Numbered from the stretch's first letter, positions 1 through 13,261 are shown. The stretch is DNA of 64,000 nucleotides from Phoronis australis (GCA_002633005.1 NMRA01000125.1:591566-655565); one strand, 5' to 3'. The notes: generated from the letters alone by a model not told the origin. Made by a program: numbers and translations.

Positions 1-1128
1 TTGTGGTTGACTGCACAGGCGCTTGAGTTTATCTGTTCCTCCATCACCACTAACGTCATTCATTACTAAGAAAACATATGTTTCTTATATATGGTTATTA
101 GCCATCGAGAAATTCAAGCACCTGTGGTTAAATGGTGTTATGGGCATGCCAATGAGATCGGAGGGAGTGAAAAAGTCGGAGCTTTTTGCAAGTTGCATTT
201 TTGTTTCAGTTTTTGATTCTGTGCAGATTGTTTATAAAATTTACTAAAATTACCCACCATCAAACATTTATGGCCCAATGAAACAACGACCTGTAAATTA
301 TTATTTTTTTGAAGTACGACCACCAGCCATGAATTTAAATCAAACGCAACCACCCATAAATTTTTATTTCAGTTGCCTTCCCCCCCTCCCACACACATTT
401 TGCTGGAACAGCGGCCTCAACAGAACTTCTGAATCAGAGACTTGTGTTCCCAAACTTAAGTTGTCATATTGTCATCAATACTTAGACCTGATGACATTAC
501 GCAGCATGGCCAATGAAAAACTAATATTCATTAAATTGCACGTTGAAAACGAAATGAGTATTTTTATTTGCCAAAAATAACACTTACTCAACAAGCGTTA
601 TCTAAACTTCAGCGGATAAGAAAGAATTATAGATCCCTGCTTACTAGGCCATCCCTTGGCAGCGGGTTGTCGATGTCATAAGTGAGATATAAATGAAAAC
701 ACTTCCACCAATTACGAGCTAATTGTGAGCTCCAAGCACTGGCGTATACACGGGGGGTGAGGTGAAAGGTACAACAGGGCATGACCCCTCTCTGTACGGT
801 ACATTCATTGTATCAGTCCTAGCAGTATTAATGACCTTAATCCTTTTCATTGCAAAGGTCCCAGGTTGCCAGTCATTTCAGCCCCTCGGTCACAAACCCA
901 ACCATCCCAGTCAAACCACCTTTGGAAACAGAGAATGGGCAATAAAAATATTTAAAAAAGAAACAATAACTCTCGACAAACGAATTCATGTCCACCATTC
1001 GAAATTTTAGTTAACAGTTGCACACAAGATGTCGCAAGTGCTTGCTTAATCTCAAGATCACTTGCGTGAACTTGGCCAATAGAAATTTAGACCAAGTTCA
1101 CTCATGATTCCAAGTTGAAGTACAACAG

Positions 1129-1279
1129 CCTCCCGTTCAGTAACGCTATGACCTCGCTAAAAAGCAAGACTTCGCGAGATTACGTGAGATATTGCCATGC
1201 ATTTCAAATAAGAGCACGTGACTTTGACTAGGTTTTAGCTAGGTCCTAGCGTAGATCCTAGCGTCTACTGAACGCACGC
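1129..1279. mobile_element. 151-bp PIF/Harbinger-type MITE, copy 1 (PEBP proximal promoter or 5' UTR)
   Basis: Near-identical to 38930-39080 and 51428-51578; imperfect TIRs (cctcccgttcagta / tactgaacgcacgc); flanked by CAG...CAG. Confidence 0.85.
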
Positions 1280-1331
1280 CAGGTGTCGCTATTTTCTCAA
1301 CGACCGGAAGAGGGCAGCAGCAAAGAACGAC

Positions 1332-1400
1332 ATGTCTGTATTCACAGAGAATGGTGTAATTCCTGATGTTTTGGATTCTCCGCCTCCTGTAGTTGCTGAG
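1332..1400 (+). CDS. PEBP: PEBP/RKIP-family (phosphatidylethanolamine-binding protein) gene, exon 1
   Basis: ATG at 1332, reads MSVFTENGVIPDVLDSPPPVVAE (typical PEBP N-terminal VIPDV motif); donor GAG|gtataa at 1401, phase 0. Confidence 0.9.
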
Positions 1401-3426
1401 GTATAAATTAATGCAACTTATAAACGCTCCCTTGTTGTTGGAATGTTATTTGATACATTTTTAGCACTGTCATCCTTCAATTTTTTAATTAAGTGAAACC
1501 GGTCACTCAGTCACGGGACAGGCATTATCTCTTGCGCTCGGGTTCCAAGACAAGTTACATCGCCCCGGATGCCGCAGGCATACACTGATACAGGGGCGAT
1601 CGTACATCCCCACAAAAAGTTACGAATTTCAAAATACATGAAATAAAATCAAATGAAACATGCATATATGCACATGGAGTTATAAACAACTCATACCATA
1701 AGTCTGTAGACGATTCAATCAAGATAATTTGAACAAATCGATGAAAATCACTCGCTGCCTTTTGCTCGAGTTTCTCGTACCGGGTGCCATTTTGAGGAAG
1801 TTATGTAAAGTCACGCATGTTTACAAGTAAAAAGTCCAAGAGACACAAATCTTACAATTAAATTTCACCTGATACCTTCTCATGCAAGTGTCGCTAGCAC
1901 CACGCGCTTTGCCTCAGTCTCGCACTAGCCTTTGCCTAACTGAAGTGACTCAGTTGACATACTTTGTGGTTATTGTGCGCGTGGTGAAAAAGTTAACGGC
2001 AACCAAAAAGTGGAGTTGGAATTCTTCACCAAAGACACATTAATTCTCACAACTAAACTTCAATGAAGAAATTAACGTAAGCGCTGACGAAAATTAAGTG
2101 ATACCTGCTTGCTGGCTACCGACCACCTAGTGGCACGCAGGGAACCAGCGAGTGTGTCATGTGACAATTGCGTCACCTGATCCGGCATTGCCCTGCCAAT
2201 CCATGGGCCCTGGACTGCTAAAAGCAATACATTTCCTATTTCATGATCTGATCTATGCAGTGCCGCTGTCTCACCTAGCAGTGGAAACTGTAGCCTTGGC
2301 GCAAAGCTGTGTTGCTAGTAAAATACATATATTGTGACGATGGTCTTCATACCAATGAGATAAATATAACTGAAGTCACGTGGTTTTCGTTGAGCAGAGT
2401 GGTCTGCCATCTTGCTGATGAACATGTATATAAGTAGTCCACCTAACTCGTCACAAGTAATTACCTTGTTTTATTACCCACACCTGGAGACTGGAAAAAC
2501 GCCTGTTCAGATAAGCAGTGTATACTAACTTTTTGTAAAGCCCCTAACTTAGTTTGTTTCACAATCAAAATAGCTGAGACGGGTTCGTCTGCTTCAGCAA
2601 GCGAGCCTGTGTGCAGGGGATAATAGACCTCAGAGGGCGAAACTGGTTGTTAACGAGCTTGCTTGACACTCCATCTGATGAGTTCCATTCAAACGACAAA
2701 AACAAAAAAAATTCTGTTGAGGCGATCTCCGGTGGCTTGATGTATGTTTGCTAAGTTCACCCATTTTTCACTTTAAATATCTCGTTCATTTAATTTTCTG
2801 CTAGATAATTGTCATTGAGGTTTGCCCACCTCGGTTCTTGATCGGCGACTTGGTAATTTTGCCACAGATCCAGGCCTTTAATATAAAACGCAGCACACAT
2901 CACAAGTTTAGTCCTGGATTTGTGATACTAGTGGGATTCCTGAATTACATTTCAACAACAGCAGAGGGACTGTAGCACTGTCTAACTACATCAGTGCTGG
3001 TTACATTATGCCTGCCTCTACGATATACGTGCTGAAGTTGGATTGACTTCATTACTGTGTGCCAACCTGCAGAGATCGATTCATGTTAAAATTTGTGCAA
3101 TGTTTAAATATGTATTTGCATTCTCCTAACTATGCTAATGTATTGTTGGAACTAAACGGCAATGCTATTTTAACATAATTCATGCTAGTAATCAGAGTGT
3201 AGTTGTATTCATTGACAATTAACTTGTAAATGTGAAAACAGAAACTTCTGCAAGTAGGTGACCTTTGCACTAATGATGTACCTAGCGGTCTGACATAGCC
3301 TGCACTATGCAGTGTTATTCCCCAGCACGTACCAGGTCACAATACTTACTGAGCACGGTTCAGGGATTTGCAGCGGCTCAAAAACTCCATCTTAAAAATA
3401 TTTGGAAATTTTGAAACCTACTTCAT

Positions 3427-3921
3427 CAGGGCTTGGAATTTTCCGCGGAAATGCGGATTTCCGCTTTTTTCAAATGTGCTTTCCGATTTTTTTATATTTC
3501 CGCGTAAAAAAATCGGATTTGATATTAAAATTTCGGCGGCAAATTCCTTTCTTACCGCGGCGTTGCAGACGACGTTCACCTCGAAAAGCGGAAGTTGCTC
3601 TTTATGTTTCGGAGGAACGTAAATTGTCAACATTGCCGGGGCATCTGGGACAGCGTGGTGGGATTTTCAATGGCGTCTCGTGTTATTGTTAGGCGCGGCG
3701 ACAAATACTACCGCTCTGCAGCCAAAAATGTGTGGGTTGGGAGTGGACGGGCGAGCTAAAAGGACGCAAACGCATGCTACTGATGGTGGTAACGTTTTTT
3801 TTTAGTCCTCCCGATTTTTGTCGGGGAAATGTTCACATTGACCATTTCAAGACTGGTTATCGGGCATGATTTGGGGCGTAAAAGTTTCCGCGTTTTTTGT
3901 CATTGGTCATTCCAAGCCCTG
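3427..3921. mobile_element. Non-autonomous DNA transposon with a 6-bp TSD (hAT6-like) in PEBP intron 1
   Basis: Perfect 13-bp TIR CAGGGCTTGGAAT / ATTCCAAGCCCTG; CTTCAT duplicated at 3421-3426 and 3922-3927. Confidence 0.8.
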
Positions 3922-4483
3922 CTTCATATTTACATCATCACTTGTCATGTTTCTAACTAATTTGGCCAAGACATCACAGAGATAAGGAATTAGCCTGCAA
4001 GTTCCCTTTTAAGACTATGTTTTATGCACTAAAGCCTTTGTCGCACATGGGATTTGCTAACCTTTGTCTTACAAACTGTATTGTCACTCTAGCTGTAGTC
4101 GGGCGACTTCTTAAGCTTGATTTGCAAATGAAATAGTTGACCTTAATTGAACAGTCTGGGCATTAATTCAAGCCATCTTCCTAACAATTCATGAACCAGG
4201 TGGATTACTGCAGTGAAGCAGTGTTAAAAACTAATTTACAACTCACAAGCATATTTTCGCTTTTGATTTTTGAATCCTGAAGCAAAACCATAGTGACGAA
4301 AACCTGTTTACACGATTGTTTAAAACAAGAAACTATAAGCTTTTCTGTGCGTATCTTGTTTCAAAATCTTCTAGCAGCATTGACAAAATCAGGGACATTT
4401 TGGCCCCAGCTTGTGCTAGCTGCCAGGGTCTGTGAAAGTTGACAATTGCTTGTTATTTTCTGTATTTTTTTTCTTTTCTGTAG

Positions 4484-4540
4484 ATCAAGTATGCAGGAGG
4501 TTTGGACATCAAACCTGGTATGACTGTGACACCGACTCAG
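4484..4540 (+). CDS. PEBP: PEBP-family gene, exon 2
   Basis: Acceptor ttttttttcttttctgtag; IKYAGGLDIKPGMTVTPTQ (G..LTPTQV-type motif); donor CAG|gtacaa; phase 0/0. Confidence 0.92.
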
Positions 4541-5434
4541 GTACAACTTTCTAATTTTGATGGTCCAGTTTTTGAAACAGCAACAGCTGCATCCAGAAGT
4601 ATGCTCATCTAGGTTGTGAGGTTATAAAATAGACGCCAGGAAACAGCAACATCGTGCTCAACAGCAGGGACTCATTTTGCTGTGTAACACATTTGGCATC
4701 CATGGCTACTAAATTCCAAACTTGTCCCCATCTGCTATCCACAGCCCAACAGGCAGATATAGAATTATAAATTTACCTTAACACAGAAACTTGGTTTACG
4801 GCAAAATATGAAACTCAGACATTGCCATGAAAATGAGGCTGAAAGTGAAGCAAAATAATTATCTTAAATTTTCAAGAATGCAACTGGATTTTGAGATGTA
4901 GAACAGAAAATAGGAGTTTGGAGAGACACTCACTTTCATGGTGATAATTATGGGATCAACTCTTTGTGGTCTTTTAATGAATGCACTTTATATTGGCAAC
5001 TTGTTCTGCATGGTGCAATTCATACATTTTCGTCATAAAGCCTGTCTACAAACTCTCACCTGTTGTATATGATCATTTGGTGGTGTTCTGACACAAAGCT
5101 TAGAGCAGTAAAGTGCAAGTCATACACAGTGAGAAGGCCGCACATGTTCACTTGGCATGTATATGACATGATATAACAACAAGCCAAAGCATGTGGCAAT
5201 AAGGTATGGCCACAATGCAAATAAATTTGTATGTATGAGATAAACAGGTTATCCTACATACACTGTACATAGGAATACTACTACGATATCCTCAAGTTCA
5301 TTTTAAAAGGGAATGTCCCACCGAGATCGAAGGTATGACTTCTGGTGAAATAGTAAATGTTTTGCATGCTCCTAAAGTGGCTGTGAATAATTGTGAGCAT
5401 TCCCTATGACTTGAAATATTTGCATTTCTTATAG

Positions 5435-5501
5435 GTGAAGGATGCTCCTATAGTCACTTGGCCGACAGAAGAGGGCGCTTACTACACACTGATCATGAAC
5501 G
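5435..5501 (+). CDS. PEBP: PEBP-family gene, exon 3
   Basis: Acceptor tttcttatag; VKDAPIVTWPTEEGAYYTLIMN plus 1 nt (YTL.M.DPD motif); donor G|gttggt, phase 1. Confidence 0.92.
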
Positions 5502-6227
5502 GTTGGTATGATGAACTTCTAGATATCCTATGGTGTGTCACAAGAAAATGTTGAGATAACATTTATTTAACCCTAAGCACTTACATGCTGGTCATTTTTA
5601 ACTACTGGAAACAATAAGCCATTTAGTTTGAAATTCTTATGCGTACTATGTGCTTTGAGAACTTATTTTTCGAAAATGCATAAACAACTTAAAAGCAAAG
5701 TAGTGTTGAAGCATAATAGTTTATGGTTTAGATTATTAACAACAATTTCAGTTTCACATTGTAATAATACCAGACCAAGATGTATAATTTTTATCAATTA
5801 CCACTGGCGATCCGATCTGCTGTCTTTAGGAATATGGCTGCTTGGACTGTCATCAACAAATTTTTCTGATTTTTGTGCATTATCATTTTTCAAACTGTTC
5901 GTGTAATACTTGTTGACAATTTACAATGAACACATGTAGGTAATACGTCTGCTGAATATTGAACATTTAAAATTGATTGTACTTGACGAAGTATATTGTG
6001 GATTGTTTAAAGGAGGGTGCTTCCTCAAGTGTCTCACGGTCTGACAAATTTTGCATTGGACAAGAGTGACCATATCATATTCTTCTGCTAAAGAAACACA
6101 AACTGGATAAATGGGGATTCATTACGCCTTGGCCCTCATCTTGATTCGTCTTTGCTCTTTTTGCAGAGGTCGTGCCCTGCAAAAGTCGTGTCTTACACAT
6201 GTCTTATATTCAAAAGCTGCTTTGTAG

Positions 6228-6365
6228 ATCCTGATGCACCCAGCCGAGCTGAGCCCAAATTCCGAGAATGGCATCACTGGCTAGTGACGAACATTCCTGG
6301 ATGTGACATTAAACAGGGTGATACGATGTCTGCTTTCATCGGCTCGGGACCACCCAAGGGCACAG
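6228..6365 (+). CDS. PEBP: PEBP-family gene, exon 4
   Basis: Acceptor tttgtag; (D)[45 protein letters not shown] carries the DPDAP and HW.V.NIPG signatures; donor AG|gtactt; phase 1/1. Confidence 0.96.
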
Positions 6366-6453
6366 GTACTTTAAAACTTCCACTATTCCACTGATTTACG
6401 ATTTTTGCCCGAGATCGATAGTAAGTTACTAAATTTCACATTACGTACTATTG

Positions 6454-6676
6454 GAAGAATGTAAATCGGTAAGTAAAACAACAAGAATGGATCAACTGAA
6501 ATTTGAAATTTTCGGATGTAATAACTTCCTTTATCAACAAAAACAGAAATAAAGTAAAATCAAACACAAAATGACAATTGACATATATGTCAATTTCTGT
6601 TTTTGTTGATAAAGGAAGTTATTACAAATTTCAGTTGATCCATTCTTGTTGTTTTATTTACCGATTTATATTCTTC
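6454..6676. repeat. Long near-perfect inverted repeat (fold-back) in PEBP intron 4
   Basis: Left arm gaagaatgtaaatcggtaagtaaaacaacaagaatggatcaactgaaattt... pairs with its reverse complement, centred on ATTGACATATATGTCAAT; two bulges in the left arm. Confidence 0.85.
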
Positions 6677-7949
6677 ATTTCATGAAACAATAGTATCCTT
6701 GGGAGGATCTGGATCGCCTTATTTAGTTTCAGATATATTTTCTACGTTATTGGAAGAATGTAAATATTAACATATCCACACACTGAGCTATCTTGAAACA
6801 CTCCTAAAAACCCTTTGAGAGGATTTGAAAGTTTTTTGCAGTCTTTTTAAAGTACTTGCACAGTGCTAAAGAGATCAACTGAAAATATCTATATGGTGAC
6901 AGTAAATATACCCACTGATGCAATCAATGGACAATGAGCTCGTGTTTTATAGACTAAAACAAATGGTTTCACCCCAAAACTTGGACCAAACAATGGTTTC
7001 AAGGTTGGTTGTGCATGAATTAAGACTAATAAATTGACTGAAAAAAGATGAAGGCAGAGAGGGGGGAGGGAGGGGAAGGGGGATGGGGAGAGAGGGAGAG
7101 AGGGAGATTTACGTGTGGGTGCATATAAGTGTCCACCTTTTATTATCTGTATAGACTGAGAACTTAAGTCTTTCATCAGCAATGACATACGTGAGTTAAG
7201 TGTCCCCAACCTAAACGCATGCATTTCACCAGTGTAAGCTAGAAAATTTAAAGATTCTCATTTCGAACTTTAAAAATGCATTTGAGTTAGGTATTTTTAC
7301 TTAATATTCTTTTGGCTATTAACTTTCAATTTTGGAATTCAAAATGCTTGAGGAACCAAGTACAGGTTATGATTGCCCTCTGATAATGATCAGGAGAAGG
7401 TTGGACTGTGCTAATAGGAACACAATAGCCCACTGAATTCAGTCTTGTTGGTTGGGCTGCTTGGTCACCTATGTTGTTTACCGGCAACACTCGCAGACTG
7501 GCCAAATCTTATCAGTCAAACCGCGGTTTTCAAGCCATGATGCATTTGGCCGGACTATTTACGAAGTCATGCATCGACATTCCTGCATGACCCCTTAACA
7601 CCTCACTATCGACACCGATTGTATGGTTGGTCTCTCATGGGTGTTCGTAGGCAATGCTTCTCGACGTTTCACAACTACTTTCTTTAACCATGATCTCGTC
7701 GATCCCAAAACTTTATTTAACACTGGGCAACTGCAGCGAACACTTTACAAAGCTTTCAATATTTATCAGGTAGTTTTTACCTCTGCCATCTGTGCTTCGT
7801 GCTTAGGAGACCGCTTAGTCTTGTCACAGTTGCTGCTACTTACGGCACCTGTTTGAACGAATCACCCGGATATGCCTTTAAATTGGCATAGATAATTTCT
7901 TCTTTCGACTGCATTTTTATCAAAGACTAAAAGATTTTGAATTTTGCAG

Positions 7950-8155
7950 GCCTTCATCGTTACGTGTTTGCCGTTTTCAAACAACCCAGCGGAAAGCAGC
8001 AATTTCCGGAGCTGAAAAAGCTGAAGAAGGCTCCTGAACACCGTGGAAAACATAACATGCGCGAGTTCACGTCCAAGTACAAACTTGGACCGCTCGTGGC
8101 GGGCAACTTCTACCTAGCTGAATGGGATTCGTACGTGCCGAATTTGTTCAAGTAG
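7950..8155 (+). CDS. PEBP: PEBP-family gene, exon 5 (terminal); spliced CDS 537 nt, 178 aa
   Basis: Acceptor ttttgcag; (G)LHRYVFAVFKQ...AGNFYLAEWDSYVPNLFK-stop with the GxHR motif. Exon lengths 69+57+67+138+206=537 stay in frame. Confidence 0.95.
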
Positions 8156-8461
8156 AGGCCTGAACGAAGTATAGGTTTTTAGTGATTATTTGGCGCTGAT
8201 CCATGACCTGCACTGGAATTTGTCTGCAGTTATTTATGGTTTTGATAGGCGGCAAAGATGAACGACCCGTTTTAATCCCAGCGCTTGACACTTATCAGCT
8301 AAATTATGTATAAAAATCCCAATATACCTAGTAGTGAGCTGTATTGTGCCACATTGGTCATTCTAGACATTCTTAGCTTGCTGGGGTTATTTTCCAGTGA
8401 CGAACTCGTGTTTTCATTTGTTTGCCGCCAGTTTGATTTTTCAATTTTGTTTTAATCCTTT

Positions 8462-8467
8462 AATAAA
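8462..8467 (+). promoter_or_regulatory. Probable polyadenylation signal of the PEBP gene
   Basis: AATAAA about 306 nt after the stop codon, followed by GT-rich sequence. Confidence 0.6.
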
Positions 8468-9245
8468 TCATGCTTTGTTAACCTATGTAGTTGCGTTGTA
8501 TGCATATGTGCATTACGAACTTCGTTGAAAACACGACTGTAGTTTTTGTTTGACAGCTGAATACAGACGCGCTCGTAGTGTCCAGACAATCTCCGTTCTT
8601 CGGGCGTGCAGCTACTGTACGTGTATGTAGCAAAGCACCGAGAGAAATAAAGAACAAATTAAATCACTAGCTACGGGGGCGGTCCAGGATTTTGAGTTGG
8701 GAGGGGGGGGGCAGGGCAGAGTATTAGTCAGGAATTCACCTGTCAGACAATCGCTCCCCCGATACATCTGAACGAATCGTGCGTGATCTTTGATACGACC
8801 TGGTACGAATCCCGCCCACAAACTTGCATGTCCTTGCATTCTCCGTGCATCGAATTTTCTGTGTCTCCGAAAAAAAAACAGAAATAATTGTCAATGAAAT
8901 GCCCATGACTTCAGTTTGAAATGCTCTCGACAGTTGGGTATGCTTATGCCGTCATCATGTAGCATTGTTGTACATCATGGTTGCGTCATCACGAGAAATC
9001 GTAGTCCACTGCAGCCATATATTGCGGCAAAAACGTAGAGTAAGAACGAACAACGAACTTATTGGATCGGTAAGGAAGGCCTTCAATTAAAGACAAATTG
9101 TTATTGATGTTTACGCAAGGAACGCGACAGATCGCCGGGGTCAGCAATATTTCACTAATTTTGCCTCAGTTTAGCTTTTCCTCAATGTCATTTCTTGAGG
9201 ACTTTGTGCCTCGTTATTCCCCATCCCGGAGTCTGTTTGAAGACG

Positions 9246-10350
9246 CAAGCCCGTAGCCAACATTGTGCGAGATGTGGTTCGAATTTCTAAAACGGTGGAC
9301 CTTTGATATTTTGCAAAGTAGAGCTTTCAGTAAGGACCTTGACGCAGCTTAATTAGGGGGGGAGATAAATCTGTACACAACGATGACCGTCTCAGCTTCA
9401 TGTTCCTGAGACGGAAATGAGGACTCAAATTACGATATGTAATGTGCTCGATAATGTTCTCGCGTTACCTTCCGCCAAACTTTCAAACCAGGTGTGCTTA
9501 AATGATTGATTTCAACTCATTACATACTCGGACAGAGTTTTTTTATTCTGAGAATGATTTGACGAAACTTTTTATCTGGTTGTATTTCGTTTTGCGTGAT
9601 ACATCGTTGGAAATGGGAACAGCCCTCTATTCTGAAGGTTCACTACTCCGAAGGTTCACCTACGAAACTATCTCAGTTTTGAACTCTGGTAGTTTAATTT
9701 CTATACTTTTGCGTGGAAAAATAAACGATACTTCTGTTATTAGATGCACTGAGTGGTGTACCTATACCGAAAAAAAGGACCGGGTACTATTGATTTCATG
9801 CGCATACGAAATTGACCGCATGTCTTACGAATGCGGAAAAATGAGTGCGTTCTTGCATTTTTAAAAGGATACCAAACCCGGTTTTGTCCTATCGACACAT
9901 ACTAAAATGACTTTCCCATCCAGTTGTCTGAAACAAAATTTGCCGCGTAAAGTAAATATTTGCGGCGTAAAGAAATTTTTTTGAGCCCCAAAGTAATTAT
10001 TTACTGTGTAAAGTAGTTATTTGCGATTTAAAGTGATTATTTGCGGCGTAAATAATTACTTCACTCTTCAAATAATTACTTTACTCCTCTAAAAATAAAA
10101 AAAACTTACGCACGTAATTCAACGGCGATACGGCCCGATGATTACGGGAAGTGATCTCAATCAGAAGCAAAGTGAAAATTACTACTAACTTGGTTATCGT
10201 TGTTGTTAGTAGTACCAGTAGCTGCAACAATTTTGTTGTTGTCCATCTACAATGTATGTCCTATCCGATCTTTAACGGATAGGCTGGGGTTGGACGTTTG
10301 CCGCGGGGTTATCGATCGAACCCCCCCGAATCCTCGTGGCTACGGGCCTG
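9246..10350. mobile_element. Non-autonomous DNA transposon with a 5-bp TSD (hAT5-like) and internal ~20-bp repeat array
   Basis: TIR CAAGCCCGTAGCCA / TGGCTACGGGCCTG; AGACG on both sides; right part is homologous (inverted) to 53022-53760. Confidence 0.75.
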
Positions 10351-12449
10351 AGACGGCAGAAAATCAGTCTTGTCCTCCCACTTAGCCAAGTAATTATGAA
10401 CGCCTCTCACGCTCTAAGTAATTCATAGAAATAATCTCAGTAACTTTCAGTTACGGTACATTCTCCGGAACTTTAGACTTTTGCCCAGGTGAGGTTTAGC
10501 TATTATCAGAAATAGCTGAAAATGAGTTTAGCAAAATAATTATGAACATGCCTGGCACTTTAAATAATTCATTTACATTATCTCAGTGACTAGCATTTAT
10601 GGCTGTTATCAGAGACTTCTCACTTTTGCTCTGGTGAGATTCATCAGGTATAGTGTGAATGTTACGGCCAATTTCTGACAAATCGCACGTTTCACAGAAC
10701 AGATCCCGGAGTGTGTTGCTCCATCATGTCTTGCGTAGATTGACCACTATATGCACGCTTGGATCACCAGTGTGCTACAAGTTCTTAGGAAATTAGGATA
10801 ATTAACTCGAGCTACATGCAAATCAATTTTCTTGGAACGGGTCCCAAGGTTGCATAGGCCTGTACGCCTATTTGGATTGCGTGGGAGGGCAAAGGGTTTG
10901 TTTCATGACAGTTTCGAGACACCTCTAGATAGATTTTAAAAATTCCGTTGTCGAAGTCTTGAAAAGATAAATGTAGGACCATTCGATCACAATAATTGAA
11001 ATCGTGATGGCTATGTCAAATCTATTAGCAAATTGCAAGCGACCATGTATATCGTGGAACTATTCAGTCAAAACTAATTTTTACGGAACACAATCTCAGT
11101 GATTTCATTTCAGCAGTCAATCACAGACGTCTTTTAATGGATTACTTTTACTTGATTACTGAGATTTTATTAGGTGTCGTTTACACAACACTAACCGAAC
11201 ACAAGTTATACAAGAACTGATATGCCGACTTTTCGTCCAGTCTTGCATGCGTTTAAATACGAGGCCCGTTGGAACAAGCACGAATGGTATCCGTGAGCGT
11301 GCTCGGTAATCTATGTCACTAATGTTGCGACAATGACCAACGGCAAACTGGAGAGAGTTCCGAAAAGCGTGATCCCGCAAGACCACGCAGTCTGCCGGCC
11401 AAAACTTTTGGTCTTTTGAAAAAAATTTGGACGGCAAAGCCATTTTAGAATTAAACGACACATATCAAGATTATCCACAACTGTCAGTATGTTTGGGGGA
11501 CTGCCAAGCTCAAAATTAAGAATAAAAAGTTACTAATGTTTCAAATTAGGACGATTCTCTTTAAGCTTGTGTTTTGTTAATGAGGTAGCTTAATATGTAA
11601 TTTTAGGTTCTGAAGTAAGCGCCACTCCGATTGGTAAATGGGTGGTTGATGCGATATATACCAGCCAATGAAAGGCAAGGTCACGTGCATTGACTACTTT
11701 CTGGGAACCCACTTGTCATTGGTGTGAATGTTTGCTTTAAGTGGCGTTTACTGGTAAGTTTCATTCTACACGAGTTCTGCTATAAATGTCTAAGTCCCCG
11801 TTTTTATTCAATTCTACATTATTAGACTAGGACGGGAACGCCTTAGCTAGGCAAGAACGTCCCTAATTTCATTTCCCGTTGAACTTTCAAAATAAAAAAT
11901 AGTTAGGTCTGACTCTTACACTGCTGCGGTGTAAATTGCCGTGAACTGATTTAAGGCAAACATTACCCACAAACGACAATTAAAGACTTTTTTAAAAAGC
12001 TGATTAGGGCGTTTGGCACCCTGCTTGAAGCAAAACGCCGAAAGTTAAGCGTTTTGCCCAGGATTGCAGATTTACTGTCTTTCGGAAAACAGCAAATATC
12101 AAGAACATGCTACTCAAGCAACAGTCATTCAAATTTACTGGCATGTCCGTCGAAAGCAAGCGTCTGATATCAAGGCATCAGCCTATAGGCATACACTAGG
12201 TCAATGCTATTTCAATTAAGTCAAATTGGGAATTTGTGAGTCTTGGGTTCCATTTATATTTGAGGTACTTGTAACCATCCCTTTACCTGAATTTGAAATT
12301 TTACTCATCGGCGTAATTGCTAAATCCTGAAAAAACAAAGTTTTACAAATCGAGAGACAATATTACCATGCTCATTATCAACTTATAAATTGTAAAGTAT
12401 AATACCAATTAAAAAGGTCATGTTTGAGAAAAAAAGAAGTGGTTATTTG

Positions 12450-12556
12450 CAAGGGCGGATCCAGGACATTCGCACCCCGAACTTCCAAATGGAATCTGGG
12501 AGAATTTATTTGGGAGCACGGCCCCTTGCGCCCCCCCTCCCCGAAATCCGCCACTG
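12450..12556. mobile_element. Short hAT5-like MITE (GGCGGATCCAGGA family)
   Basis: CAAGGGCGGAT...ATCCGCCACTG termini; ATTTG duplicated on both sides. Relatives at 36761-36926, ~39749-39910, ~41246-41402 and a partial copy near 8675-8760. Confidence 0.8.
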
Positions 12557-13261
12557 ATTTGGAAACCTCGGTAGGCAATGTGAATAGTTTGGATAGATGG
12601 AAAAACCCTTTTCATACCAAATTATGTGATACTTTTTCTCAAATGTTGTAACTCGTGATGTGTAACCTTTTCTACAAATTCAAAAGCATGAAAGTATGAC
12701 TGCGAGTGCTTCAGCTAAACTAAATATTAAATAAGTAGTGTGGTATTAGAATGCAAACATGACTAAAAATAATCCAAAGAACCACGTGCTTCTATCCAAA
12801 GGTGAACACTATTTCGCAATGCCACTGAGCAGGCATCATATGCAATACTTGAGGTGAATATGCGTTAGCACAGCCATGGCAACCCTTAGATTTTTAAACT
12901 TTAATGTAAGATGTAAGTACGACACACCTTTGATCAAGCTAAAAATATTTGCATTATTTAATTAATTCTGTTGTATGCATTTATGCATCTTTTATGTCGT
13001 TAAAAAGTAGCTGACAGGTTTATTTGCATTTAATTGCCAAGCAACTGTTTTTGGATTTTCAAAACTGCTGCTGGTTTTGGAATACGTGCCAAGCAGTCAG
13101 TCTTTGCTTTGGGTAATTGATATATGCAAATCTATATGTATTTCATTACCTGTGCAAATTTTCAGATATTTGTACATAAGTATGGCAACCATATTTTGGA
13201 TTTGCATACTTGTTCCTCTGGTTATGAGATATTCTTGATTAATCATGCTATGCTTACTTAA

